From positions 112,111-132,110 of the forward strand of contig CAZERA010000002.1 in assembly GCA_964514565.1 (NCBI GenBank): a DNA stretch of 20,000 nucleotides, in the 5' to 3' direction. The position numbers and the translations under genes were made by a program. Below, piece by piece: positions 9,101 through 16,038 of this stretch. Each line of letters begins with the position of its first letter. Position 1 is the first letter of the stretch. The notes under the pieces were generated by a model, which ran no database searches, was not told the origin of the DNA, and worked only from the letters and a program-made list of their open reading frames with translations. Source of the stretch: an uncultured Candidatus Peribacteria bacterium. GTDB lineage: Bacteria; Patescibacteriota; Gracilibacteria; RBG-16-42-10.

Positions 9101-9180
9101 ACAGTACCAGCACTTCTTCACCTACACCGCTATCTCTTCCTACCATACTACCCTCACCAACTAACGAGGTATTACTTTAA
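6133..9180 (+). CDS. Class A penicillin-binding protein (PBP1A family transglycosylase/transpeptidase) with C-terminal Ig-like domains
   Basis: TM anchor, GT51 motifs EDDKFFSHPG, GGSTITQQLVK and RKVSE, and TP motifs STFK, SLN and KTGT. The C-terminus resembles Big-type repeats (VTDNKKVTKVEFF, RAYDDSGN). Start uncertain: 6010, 6133 or 6202. Confidence 0.93.
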   Translation: MLIASRPIARERASFRPIENQKTMPPVKRWKLWSWYALVFFLGSTLVTSIFGFVYILLILKDLPSPEALTNITIVSTTKILARDGTLLYEAGDDGARRTVVGLDQINQHMIDATLAAEDDKFFSHPGFDWQGIARALYQDSINFLTGNSARQGGSTITQQLVKLSFLTPERTLKRKVSELILSLELEQQYSKQQILEMYLNKIFYGYQSYGIEAAARTYFNKDAKSLTIAESATLAGIPQSPTRYSPYNNKDALMSRKKYILGRMHTLGLLNDAEFNKASNDEIVFQPVRASIRAPHFVFYILQELEKTYGEQIRGLNVYTSLDINLQDQAEKAVKEGALKNEKAHGAKNAGLISIDPKTGEILAMVGSRDYFDDSVDGQVNVITSKRQPGSTFKPFTYATLFTKGYGTGTVFFDVKTDFGNKYMPVDYDGKFRGPVTVRTALSNSLNIPAVAAQYLANPEDTLTLLNKMGIDYLDKSMAANTGLALALGVEEITPLDMVRAYSVFANNGIKRDIGGIMRITSDRGNEIWKRTVDPGQEVLDPQAAYLISNILSDNNARPAGWTNLVIPNQTVAVKTGTSINIVNNVKKPKDLWTIGYTPSIVTGVWVGNNQGDIPVLTADGITDAASIWKAYMVKALDKKPREEFARPEQIKEISISTLSGLLPSSTTPSDKIRTELYPDYGVPQLVEQGFQSAKVDQISGKLATESCPTNTSLYVYQNYHSILYYLRPDDPALKRWEDGVQGWAQNNKGTPTSNDPNAPGVNSTTADGIPIVYVDDPSKIPTETCNIIPPSEVGIELLSPGEGDKIANGPNQALFSYHDPASISKVGVYFDDKLVGSNDTGRFESINFNVPISTLGSVHTLRFVFTLVDGRQSFMQIGVVVSDDTSGPGVTLQSPFEHQVVHPGETFQISAAVTDNKKVTKVEFFFDGTPIITLENSPYITSYFIANDTAQGQHELLLRAYDDSGNVTRVKRTIDIVQNTTNQRSASNSTSTSSPTPLSLPTILPSPTNEVLL

Positions 9181-10517
9181 GCTTTCGCTTTCTTCGCTTT
9201 AGCTTTTACAACAGTTTTTTTAGCCTTTACTGTAGCCTTGGGAGCTTTAGCTTCCTTTACTGCCTTAGCTACGACAGCCTTCTTTTTAGCCACAGGTTTC
9301 TTAGCCTTTTTTTCTGGCGCTGCCACTGCAGGAGTCTCAGAAGTACTGCTTACTACGGTAGTGATATCAGCTTGTGCTTGTTCTACAGGTAAAACACGGT
9401 CACGACTAGACATCATAGCCATCTCTTCTACTTTGACTGGAGCAGCTTCCTTTGGTGCTACAGGTTGACCTACAGGCTCATTACCAGCTACAAAATCTTC
9501 AATATCAATCTCCCAGCCAGTCAGCTGTGAAGCCAAACGGACATTTTGCCCCATCTTACCAATGGCCAAAGACCGTTGGTCCTCAGTCACATAGACCTTC
9601 GCTAACTTTTGATTCTTCAATAACTCAATACTAACAATCTTGGCTGGTGAAAGTGAATTGATTAAAAACTTAATAGGATCAGACGACCATTCAATCACAT
9701 CAATGCGTTCACGGCCCAATTCGTCAGTAACTGCTTGAATACGTACACCCTTTTGACCTACACAAGCACCTACAGGGTCGATACCTTCTTCTTTGGCAGC
9801 AACCGCCACCTTTGTACGCACACCAGCTTCACGAGCAATTACCTTGATCTCCACCAACCCTTCACTAACTTCAGGTACTTCCAAGTCTAGTAAAGCTTTG
9901 ATCAAATCAGGATGCGAGCGTGAGATAATAATCTGAGGTCCTTTTTCATTACGAGCCACTTTCTCCAATAAAACCTTAATACGTTGACCATTGAAGAGAC
10001 GCTCACCAGGAATCTGATGTTGTCTTTCCAAAACTACAGTAGCCTTTTCTAGATCAATGAAAGCATCACCTTGACGTTCTACACGTTGAATCTGAGCAGA
10101 AAGAAGCTCTCCTTCATGATCTTTGTAGAGATTATAAATCGCCTCACGCTCTGCTTCACGTACACGTTGGATGATGACCTGCTTAGCAGTCTGAGCTGCA
10201 ATGCGACCGTATTCTTTTGGTGTGACCTCTACCTCAATAGTCGCCCCTACTTTTGCTGTCTTTCGCACTTTCTTTGCATCAGCAAGATCCTTTTCAAAGT
10301 CACGGTTGGCTACAGTAGCGACCACATCAAACTGTTGATACACATTTGTAAGTCCAGTCTGAGGATCAAATACCACACGTAATTTCTGTTCTTGTGATCC
10401 AAAATCTTTACGGTAAGCGGCACCCAAGGCTGCTTCAATCGCTTCGATTACTACTTTGGGATCAATATGTTTCTCATCACAGATCTGAGCTATCGCTGCT
10501 GCAAATTTTGATTGCAT
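9177..10517 (-). CDS. nusA: Transcription termination/antitermination factor NusA with a Lys/Ala-rich C-terminal tail
   Basis: [16 protein letters not shown]1 domain, and KH motifs [11 protein letters not shown] and [22 protein letters not shown]. Confidence 0.97.
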   Translation of the reverse strand: MQSKFAAAIAQICDEKHIDPKVVIEAIEAALGAAYRKDFGSQEQKLRVVFDPQTGLTNVYQQFDVVATVANRDFEKDLADAKKVRKTAKVGATIEVEVTPKEYGRIAAQTAKQVIIQRVREAEREAIYNLYKDHEGELLSAQIQRVERQGDAFIDLEKATVVLERQHQIPGERLFNGQRIKVLLEKVARNEKGPQIIISRSHPDLIKALLDLEVPEVSEGLVEIKVIAREAGVRTKVAVAAKEEGIDPVGACVGQKGVRIQAVTDELGRERIDVIEWSSDPIKFLINSLSPAKIVSIELLKNQKLAKVYVTEDQRSLAIGKMGQNVRLASQLTGWEIDIEDFVAGNEPVGQPVAPKEAAPVKVEEMAMMSSRDRVLPVEQAQADITTVVSSTSETPAVAAPEKKAKKPVAKKKAVVAKAVKEAKAPKATVKAKKTVVKAKAKKAKA

Positions 10518-10667
10518 ACAAATTAGTTAAAAATAATTGCTATATAAAAAAGGCCTAGCTTGATAGTCAAGTTAGTACCATATATTTATACCGTAATTTC
10601 AAATCTATTATAGAGAGAGCTTTTCTAATTAGCAAATTTACTGGCTCAATTTATAGGCATAATCCGT

Positions 10668-10696
10668 TTGTACATTAGTAAACGCTCAGGTAAAAT
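10668..10696 (+). promoter_or_regulatory. Sigma70-type promoter for the GT2 gene
   Basis: TTGTAC-17 bp-TAAAAT, ending 23 nt before the ATG. Confidence 0.55.
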
Positions 10697-10719
10697 TCCC
10701 CTGTATTTTTCCCTCACCA

Positions 10720-11841
10720 ATGATTGTATTTGCCTTGATTACTTTGGCTGCAGCATTAGTTATTAGTCTGCATGTTTTGATCAATTTAGTAGTATGCCTC
10801 AAACCTGCTGCGAAAAACGACAAAGATTATGGATTAGTCAGTATTCTGATACCTGCTCGCAATGAAGCAAAAGTAATTGAGAAATGTGTCCGTTCTTTGA
10901 TGGCCCAAGACTACAAAAATATCGAAGTGATTGTTTATAATGATCAATCTACTGATGATACTGGCGAGATTATGGAACGACTAATACTAGAAGACCCCCG
11001 CATCAAAGTAATGCACGGTGATCACCTACCTACCGGCTGGGTCGGCAAATGTCATGGCTGTCATCAAATGAGCGTCAAAGCTCAAGGCAAATGGCTCCTT
11101 TTTGGTGATAGTGACATCACTATGACACCGGATGCAGTACAAAGAGCGCTCGCGACAGCTGACAAACACCAGGTCTCTTTTCTTTCCCTCTTCCCTCGTT
11201 TTGATAACTATGGCTTTTGGGAAAAAATGACATTGCCACTCTTTTATTTTTATCTATTTAGTTTCATGCCGATATGGGTAGTAAACCGCACCCAGAATAC
11301 TAACTTTGTGGCAGCCAATGGCTCTTTTATATTGGTTGAACGTAGTCTGTATGACCAAGTCGGCGGTCACGAAGTAGTGAAAGACAAGATACTAGAAGAT
11401 GTCTTGCTGGCTAGACATGTCAAAGGCCAAGGCCATCGCATCATCTATGGAGACGGTAGCAGCATTTATTCCGCCCATATGTACGACACACTCGGCCAGA
11501 TCTGGGAAGGCTTTAGTAAAAATAGTTTTTCATTTTTCAAGTGGAACTACCTACTGGCCACTGCTTTCATTGCCATTGGCATTACTATCTGTGTGAGCCC
11601 CTTTGTACTAGTTTTTCTGCAAATGAATCAAGGTACACTTTTCTTTCATATTGAGCTCACCACTGTACTGATTTACTTTGCCACCATGGCAATTATTTGT
11701 ACCCATATTAGACAAAGTATTTGGGGCATTATTTTCTTCCCCATCTCATTATTTTTAAGCTTCAGTGTCATCATCAACTCCATGTATCGGGTAGCTACCG
11801 GAAAAGGTCTTACCTGGAAAGGAAGAAGCTACGCTAAGTAA
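10720..11841 (+). CDS. Membrane-bound family 2 glycosyltransferase, CrtQ/HpnB-like
   Basis: IPARNE, NDQSTD, LPTGWVGK, DSD (DxD), ANGSFILV, LEDV, EGFSKN and terminal WKGRSY motifs. One N-terminal and about 3 C-terminal TM helices. Confidence 0.85.
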   Translation: MIVFALITLAAALVISLHVLINLVVCLKPAAKNDKDYGLVSILIPARNEAKVIEKCVRSLMAQDYKNIEVIVYNDQSTDDTGEIMERLILEDPRIKVMHGDHLPTGWVGKCHGCHQMSVKAQGKWLLFGDSDITMTPDAVQRALATADKHQVSFLSLFPRFDNYGFWEKMTLPLFYFYLFSFMPIWVVNRTQNTNFVAANGSFILVERSLYDQVGGHEVVKDKILEDVLLARHVKGQGHRIIYGDGSSIYSAHMYDTLGQIWEGFSKNSFSFFKWNYLLATAFIAIGITICVSPFVLVFLQMNQGTLFFHIELTTVLIYFATMAIICTHIRQSIWGIIFFPISLFLSFSVIINSMYRVATGKGLTWKGRSYAK

Positions 11842-11861
11842 AGTAGTATTTTTATTTAGCT

Positions 11862-12641
11862 TTATTTGGGAGGAAAAGTGTATTGGGCTATTGCTTTCGC
11901 CTGTGATAAAACCTCCCGATTATTTGGGTCAATTAAAGGACTGGTCCGAACTATTGGATGGGCATCGGCTCTGACAATTTTTCTAAGTGCACAGATTACA
12001 TTTTCTAATGAATAAGGCTGCAAACTTTTTACACGATCTTTGACAGCTGTTTTGAACGATGACGCAATCGCACGGTTGGCCATAACCATCGGCTTTCCAC
12101 GAAAGAAAGACCAATCCTCTAAACCGCTGGTATGACAGGTAACACTGCTGGCCAAATCACCGTGATATTTCTCACGCGAAACATGATGGACTGAGCTTTC
12201 CATTACCATATCAGAGTCGCCTAAAAGCTGATAATAGGCTAATGATGAAGCAATCCCTTGTACATCAAACATATCATCTCCCCCAAAATCACTATCTCTC
12301 CTCGGATCTAGACCGGCTGAATAATGATTAATAATCTTACCGGAGTAAGCATCAATAACTCCCACTGGTGTGCGTACTTTCCAATCCAATTGCACGATTA
12401 GTTCAGCTCGAACTTCATGCAGAGCTCGAAGCAAGTGCGACTCGAAGAATTTCCCTTCTTGTAGCTGGGGACTAAAAGCTTGCGTACTGACCCCCAAAGT
12501 CCGAGCCATGTGAGCGACACTGCTATTAGCATTAGTAATCACACAAACAGGTTCACAGCCCTTTACCATTCCACTACTGACTTGTTGCAATAAAGGTCCC
12601 GCCAACTCCCCTTCGCTTGATGATAAAATAGCTAATCGCAT
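11862..12641 (-). CDS. Divergent PurN-like formyltransferase-fold protein
   Basis: MRLAILSS...VCVITN...ELIVQLDW...GKIINHYS...FGGDDMF...SSVHHV...HG aligns by eye with the Formyl_trans_N domain, but the catalytic residues are altered. Confidence 0.65.
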   Translation of the reverse strand: MRLAILSSSEGELAGPLLQQVSSGMVKGCEPVCVITNANSSVAHMARTLGVSTQAFSPQLQEGKFFESHLLRALHEVRAELIVQLDWKVRTPVGVIDAYSGKIINHYSAGLDPRRDSDFGGDDMFDVQGIASSLAYYQLLGDSDMVMESSVHHVSREKYHGDLASSVTCHTSGLEDWSFFRGKPMVMANRAIASSFKTAVKDRVKSLQPYSLENVICALRKIVRADAHPIVRTSPLIDPNNREVLSQAKAIAQYTFPPK

Positions 12642-12727
12642 GAATAAAAATGAAAAGGAGAAAAACCTAGCATTCTTTCATTGTAATTTAAAGCATAATT
12701 AATCTGCCCCAGAAGCTATAATGACTC

Positions 12728-13783
12728 CTAATGCTGCCCCATCCCAATTAAACCAATAATCACCCCGATCACAGCAGTCACCCCCCCCAAAATCCACAGT
12801 CGCATGGTCACATTGTATTCAGGCAGTCCCCAATGCTCCAACAGATGATGCATAGGGGTGATAGCAAAGAGTTTGCGACCCAAGAAACGTTTAGAACCAA
12901 TCTGGAGCAGGCTAGATGTTGTTTCTAATACAAAAACAAAACCAATAATCGGCAAAATAACCATCGAATTAGTAAGCATAGCTATCACTCCCAGAGTAGC
13001 ACCAAAAGAATAGGCGCCAGTGTCCCCCATAAAAAACTTGGCAGGAGGGATATTGTACCAAAGGAATGCAGTTAGGCTACCAATCAAAATGCCACAAAAA
13101 GCAGTCAAGACAAACAACTGGTCAACAAAAGCTAAAATACCAAAAGCACCAAAGGCCATGATCAACAAACCGGCAGCCAGTCCATCCAGACCATCCGTAA
13201 TATTGACGGCATTGCTAGAAGCAATAATCACAAAAGCAAAAATAGGTATATACCAAAGCCCAATAAAAAAGTCACCAATAGCTGGCAAATGAATCTCGTT
13301 GTACCCAAGCTTGCTATAAAACCACCAAGCCCCGATCAAGCCAAAAAGAGTCAGCCAAAAAAGCTTCGGTTTTGCCCCAATTCCCTTTTGGGTACCAATG
13401 CCACGAATATTATAATAGTCATCCAAAGCCCCTAGTAAACCAGTCACAACCAAAGTAAACAAAGGTAAATACGTCTGACCACGATCCCAAACTGAGAATG
13501 ATTCCGGCAAAATATTGAGATGCACCAGTAAACCAGATAGCAAAACAATGGCAGCAGTCATACCCCATACTAAAATACCAGCCATAGTAGGTGTCCCAGC
13601 TTTCTTTTGATGCAAGGAACGGAAAATAGTAGATTGCTTACCATCTACAGTCTCTTCTCGAATCTGCTTGCCAAAACGATTCTTGGTCAGGAACGCACAA
13701 AAAGCCGGAGCGACCAACATCGTCAATACAAAAGCCAAGGTGCTATAACCAAAAATATAGACCAAGACAGGAATATAATTCAT
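12728..13783 (-). CDS. mraY: Phospho-N-acetylmuramoyl-pentapeptide transferase
   Basis: KKAGTPTMAG, LDDY, NAVNITDGLDGLA, FMGDTG and PMHHLLE motifs with about 10 TM helices. Confidence 0.96.
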   Translation of the reverse strand: MNYIPVLVYIFGYSTLAFVLTMLVAPAFCAFLTKNRFGKQIREETVDGKQSTIFRSLHQKKAGTPTMAGILVWGMTAAIVLLSGLLVHLNILPESFSVWDRGQTYLPLFTLVVTGLLGALDDYYNIRGIGTQKGIGAKPKLFWLTLFGLIGAWWFYSKLGYNEIHLPAIGDFFIGLWYIPIFAFVIIASSNAVNITDGLDGLAAGLLIMAFGAFGILAFVDQLFVLTAFCGILIGSLTAFLWYNIPPAKFFMGDTGAYSFGATLGVIAMLTNSMVILPIIGFVFVLETTSSLLQIGSKRFLGRKLFAITPMHHLLEHWGLPEYNVTMRLWILGGVTAVIGVIIGLIGMGQH

Positions 13784-13794
13784 AGCGATACGAT

Positions 13795-14301
13795 TTATTC
13801 TGGAATAGAAGTAGGCTGTACACGTAATTGTACCTTGATCCTACGAGTGAATCCTTCCCCAATACTATATACCTCTAGATCGGCATATTCAGGCTGCATA
13901 AAGAGCGTATGAACAGCACGACGACGGTAGCTAGGCATAGGTGCAAGCTCCACTGCAATCCCTTCAGAACGGACTTTATTCGCTGCATCACGAGCAATGA
14001 GCTCAGCATTTGCTTCTTGATTTTTGCGATAGTTATCAATATCCAGGACCACTTCCAAATCAGGATCAACATAGCGGCGGACCAAAAGTCGCCACATATG
14101 TTGGAGCGCAAACAGCGTCTCTCCCTGACGACCAATAGCTACAGCTGGTACTTTTGCTTTGAGATTGATACGAAGCAAAATTGCTTTTCCTTCTACAGGA
14201 GCTTCCTCCTTCTCCTCCATCTCCCAGTCCTCGATTTCTACCAATGATTTAGACAATAAATCTTGCAGCAGAGCGATAGCTTTTCGTAACATTTCTTCCA
14301 T
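13795..14301 (-). CDS. jag: Jag/EloR (KhpB)-like RNA-binding protein, KH + R3H domains
   Basis: KH motif IGRQGETLFALQH, LDIDNYR linker and R3H motif RRAVH. Located directly after yidC. Confidence 0.88.
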   Translation of the reverse strand: MEEMLRKAIALLQDLLSKSLVEIEDWEMEEKEEAPVEGKAILLRINLKAKVPAVAIGRQGETLFALQHMWRLLVRRYVDPDLEVVLDIDNYRKNQEANAELIARDAANKVRSEGIAVELAPMPSYRRRAVHTLFMQPEYADLEVYSIGEGFTRRIKVQLRVQPTSIPE

Positions 14302-14313
14302 AAAAGCATGAAG

Positions 14314-15060
14314 TTAATCGCGACGATTGAGGATCATTTGTTGACCAATACCAAACAAAGTTGAGAATATCCAGTATAGAGCCAAACCAGCAGGATAACT
14401 GCGAGCGAACCAGGCCAAAAGTAATGGCAATACGTACAACATTGAATTAGTAGCCTGCTCCAATTCTTTCATTTGCTTAGGTTCTTGAGAATCCTTAGGA
14501 GTAATATCACGGACCTTAGCCTTCTGTTTAGCTTGGGCCAACTTCATTGAAATAAATTGGGTAACACCAGTCAAAATAGGCAAAATATAGAGATCCGGTT
14601 GAGTCAAATTCATACCCAAGAAATAGATATTGATTGTATTTAAGTCAAAGCTAGCAAAAGACGCATACAAGAAGTGCGTATATTCAGGATTTAAACCATT
14701 TCTTAGTACAGCAAACACGGCATACAAGAAAGGCAATTGAATCACTACAGGCAGACAGCCTCCACAAGGATGGACACCGTGTTCCTTATAGAGCTTCATC
14801 ACTTCTTCAGCTTGTTTTTGCTGATCTTTAGCGTACTTAGTCCGAGCTTCATTGATCTTAGGCTGCAGCTGTTGCAAGCCCTTTTGTTGTTTGAGACTAG
14901 AATAGGTAGGAAAAAACAAAACAATTCTAATCAACAAGGTAAGCACAATAATTGCCAAGCCTAAGTTGTGCCCTGGCATCCAGGTAGTCAGCCACAAAAG
15001 TAGATTGTAGATCGGCCGCAATAAAACCTCATCCCAAAGAGCAGTAAGCATACCAAACAT
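14314..15060 (-). CDS. yidC: Membrane protein insertase YidC/Oxa1 (short, monoderm type)
   Basis: GLAIIVLTLLIR, LYKEHGVHPCGGCLPVVIQLP and PAGLALYW motifs. Confidence 0.95.
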   Translation of the reverse strand: MFGMLTALWDEVLLRPIYNLLLWLTTWMPGHNLGLAIIVLTLLIRIVLFFPTYSSLKQQKGLQQLQPKINEARTKYAKDQQKQAEEVMKLYKEHGVHPCGGCLPVVIQLPFLYAVFAVLRNGLNPEYTHFLYASFASFDLNTINIYFLGMNLTQPDLYILPILTGVTQFISMKLAQAKQKAKVRDITPKDSQEPKQMKELEQATNSMLYVLPLLLAWFARSYPAGLALYWIFSTLFGIGQQMILNRRD

Positions 15061-15127
15061 AAAGACTCAATTAAAAAAAATAGTAGGGGCCCCAATACAT
15101 CGATCAGAGGATAGCAGTGAGATTTCT

Positions 15128-15424
15128 TCAAGGCAAATCTATTCCACCCGGATGCCAAGGATTGCAACGAAAAAGTCTACCGGTTGTCTTCCATCCACCT
15201 CGAAGTAACCCATATTGGTACAGGCTCTGAGCACAATATTCCGAACAAGATGGATAAAAATGACAGTACCCATGGGGGTACAATGATTTACCTAGTCTGC
15301 TGTGATCTGGAGACACAGTGTACTGGTAAAGACGCACCAGTGCTCTAGGGATGAGGGTGGTGCCATGCCGCCAGTAACCTTTTTCCCTGAGCCAAGAGAT
15401 CCGGCCATGCAGCTTGGTAAACAT
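15128..15424 (-). CDS. yidD: Membrane protein insertion efficiency factor YidD
   Basis: YQYTVSP, CHFYPSCSEY and RCNPWHPGGID motifs. Nearest in-frame ATG is 15424, overlapping the rnpA 3' end. 15451 is an alternative start. Confidence 0.9.
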   Translation of the reverse strand: MFTKLHGRISWLREKGYWRHGTTLIPRALVRLYQYTVSPDHSRLGKSLYPHGYCHFYPSCSEYCAQSLYQYGLLRGGWKTTGRLFRCNPWHPGGIDLP

Positions 15425-15686
15425 TTGCTTGAGCCAAGACAACACAATCATAAGGTGAAAGATGAATGAGATCGAGTACCCGCATCATAGCACGAAGACG
15501 CCGCTTTACTCTGGCTCTCTTCGGTGAAGATGGTAGCTTTTTATTGCCAATTACAATGGTAAAACACGGCAATGTATTATACTTGGGCAAATAACAGACA
15601 GAAAAAAAGGGGGTAGATAATTTACTCCCTTTTTTTAATATATATCCTACAGCACGGCTCTTTAAACGATTTGTTTGAGCAAACAC
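15345..15686 (-). CDS. rnpA: Ribonuclease P protein component
   Basis: GTG start, NRLK motif and a divergent RNR motif (KRARVKRRLR). Sits between rpmH and yidD. Confidence 0.85.
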   Translation of the reverse strand: MFAQTNRLKSRAVGYILKKGSKLSTPFFSVCYLPKYNTLPCFTIVIGNKKLPSSPKRARVKRRLRAMMRVLDLIHLSPYDCVVLAQANVYQAAWPDLLAQGKRLLAAWHHPHP

Positions 15687-15695
15687 ACCAATGAA

Positions 15696-15830
15696 TTAAA
15701 CAGACAAACGTGCTCGACCAATACTGCGACGACGCGCAATTATTTTACGACCATTTGCAGTTGCCATTCGTGCTAAGAAGCCATGACGACGGAGACGACG
15801 ACGATTTTTTGTAGCATTACCTTGACGCAT
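15696..15830 (-). CDS. rpmH: 50S ribosomal protein L34 (44 aa, not in the ORF track)
   Basis: Manual translation [44 protein letters not shown]. Contains the HGF..RM....GR..I.RRR..GR signature and lies upstream of rnpA. Confidence 0.95.
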   Translation of the reverse strand: MRQGNATKNRRRLRRHGFLARMATANGRKIIARRRSIGRARLSV

Positions 15831-15857
15831 ACGTATTTCAATATCAACAACGCCGAG

Positions 15858-15886
15858 AGTTTAGGGAGAAAATGAATGACTGTCAA
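15858..15886 (-). promoter_or_regulatory. Sigma70-type promoter of the rpmH operon
   Basis: Minus strand TTGACA-gtcattcattttctccc (17 bp)-TAAACT. Confidence 0.75.
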
Positions 15887-15893
15887 CCAAGAT

Positions 15894-15928
15894 TAGATAC
15901 GAGATCAGCGAGCGGAGATCAGAGATGA
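15894..15928. repeat. Short degenerate heptamer tandem repeat
   Basis: tagatac gagatca gcgagcg gagatca gagatga. Confidence 0.5.
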
Positions 15929-15984
15929 TTTAGAAGAGCATTGCGATGATCGATCAAATCACAAATCTTCCAACACTATTCATT

Positions 15985-16013
15985 TTCAATTATTCACTGC
16001 CCTATGTTATATT
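15985..16013 (+). promoter_or_regulatory. Putative promoter for the second desaturase
   Basis: TTCAAT-17 bp-TATATT with an extended -10 TG. Supports a start at ATG 16039. Confidence 0.45.
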
Positions 16014-16038
16014 GGCTTGGTCTTTTTTATCGAAAGTT

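Noticed and set aside
9177..9180. 4-nt overlaps of convergent stop codons (PBP/nusA here, desaturase/ASCH at 17001-17004)
   Set aside because: Common in compact genomes and not evidence of a special mechanism.
10541..10571. nusA promoter (TTGACT on the minus strand)
   Set aside because: The -10 element at 17-bp spacing is a poor match, so it is not supported well enough to list.
15831..16038. oriC upstream of rpmH
   Set aside because: No DnaA boxes and no dnaA or dnaN in the window.
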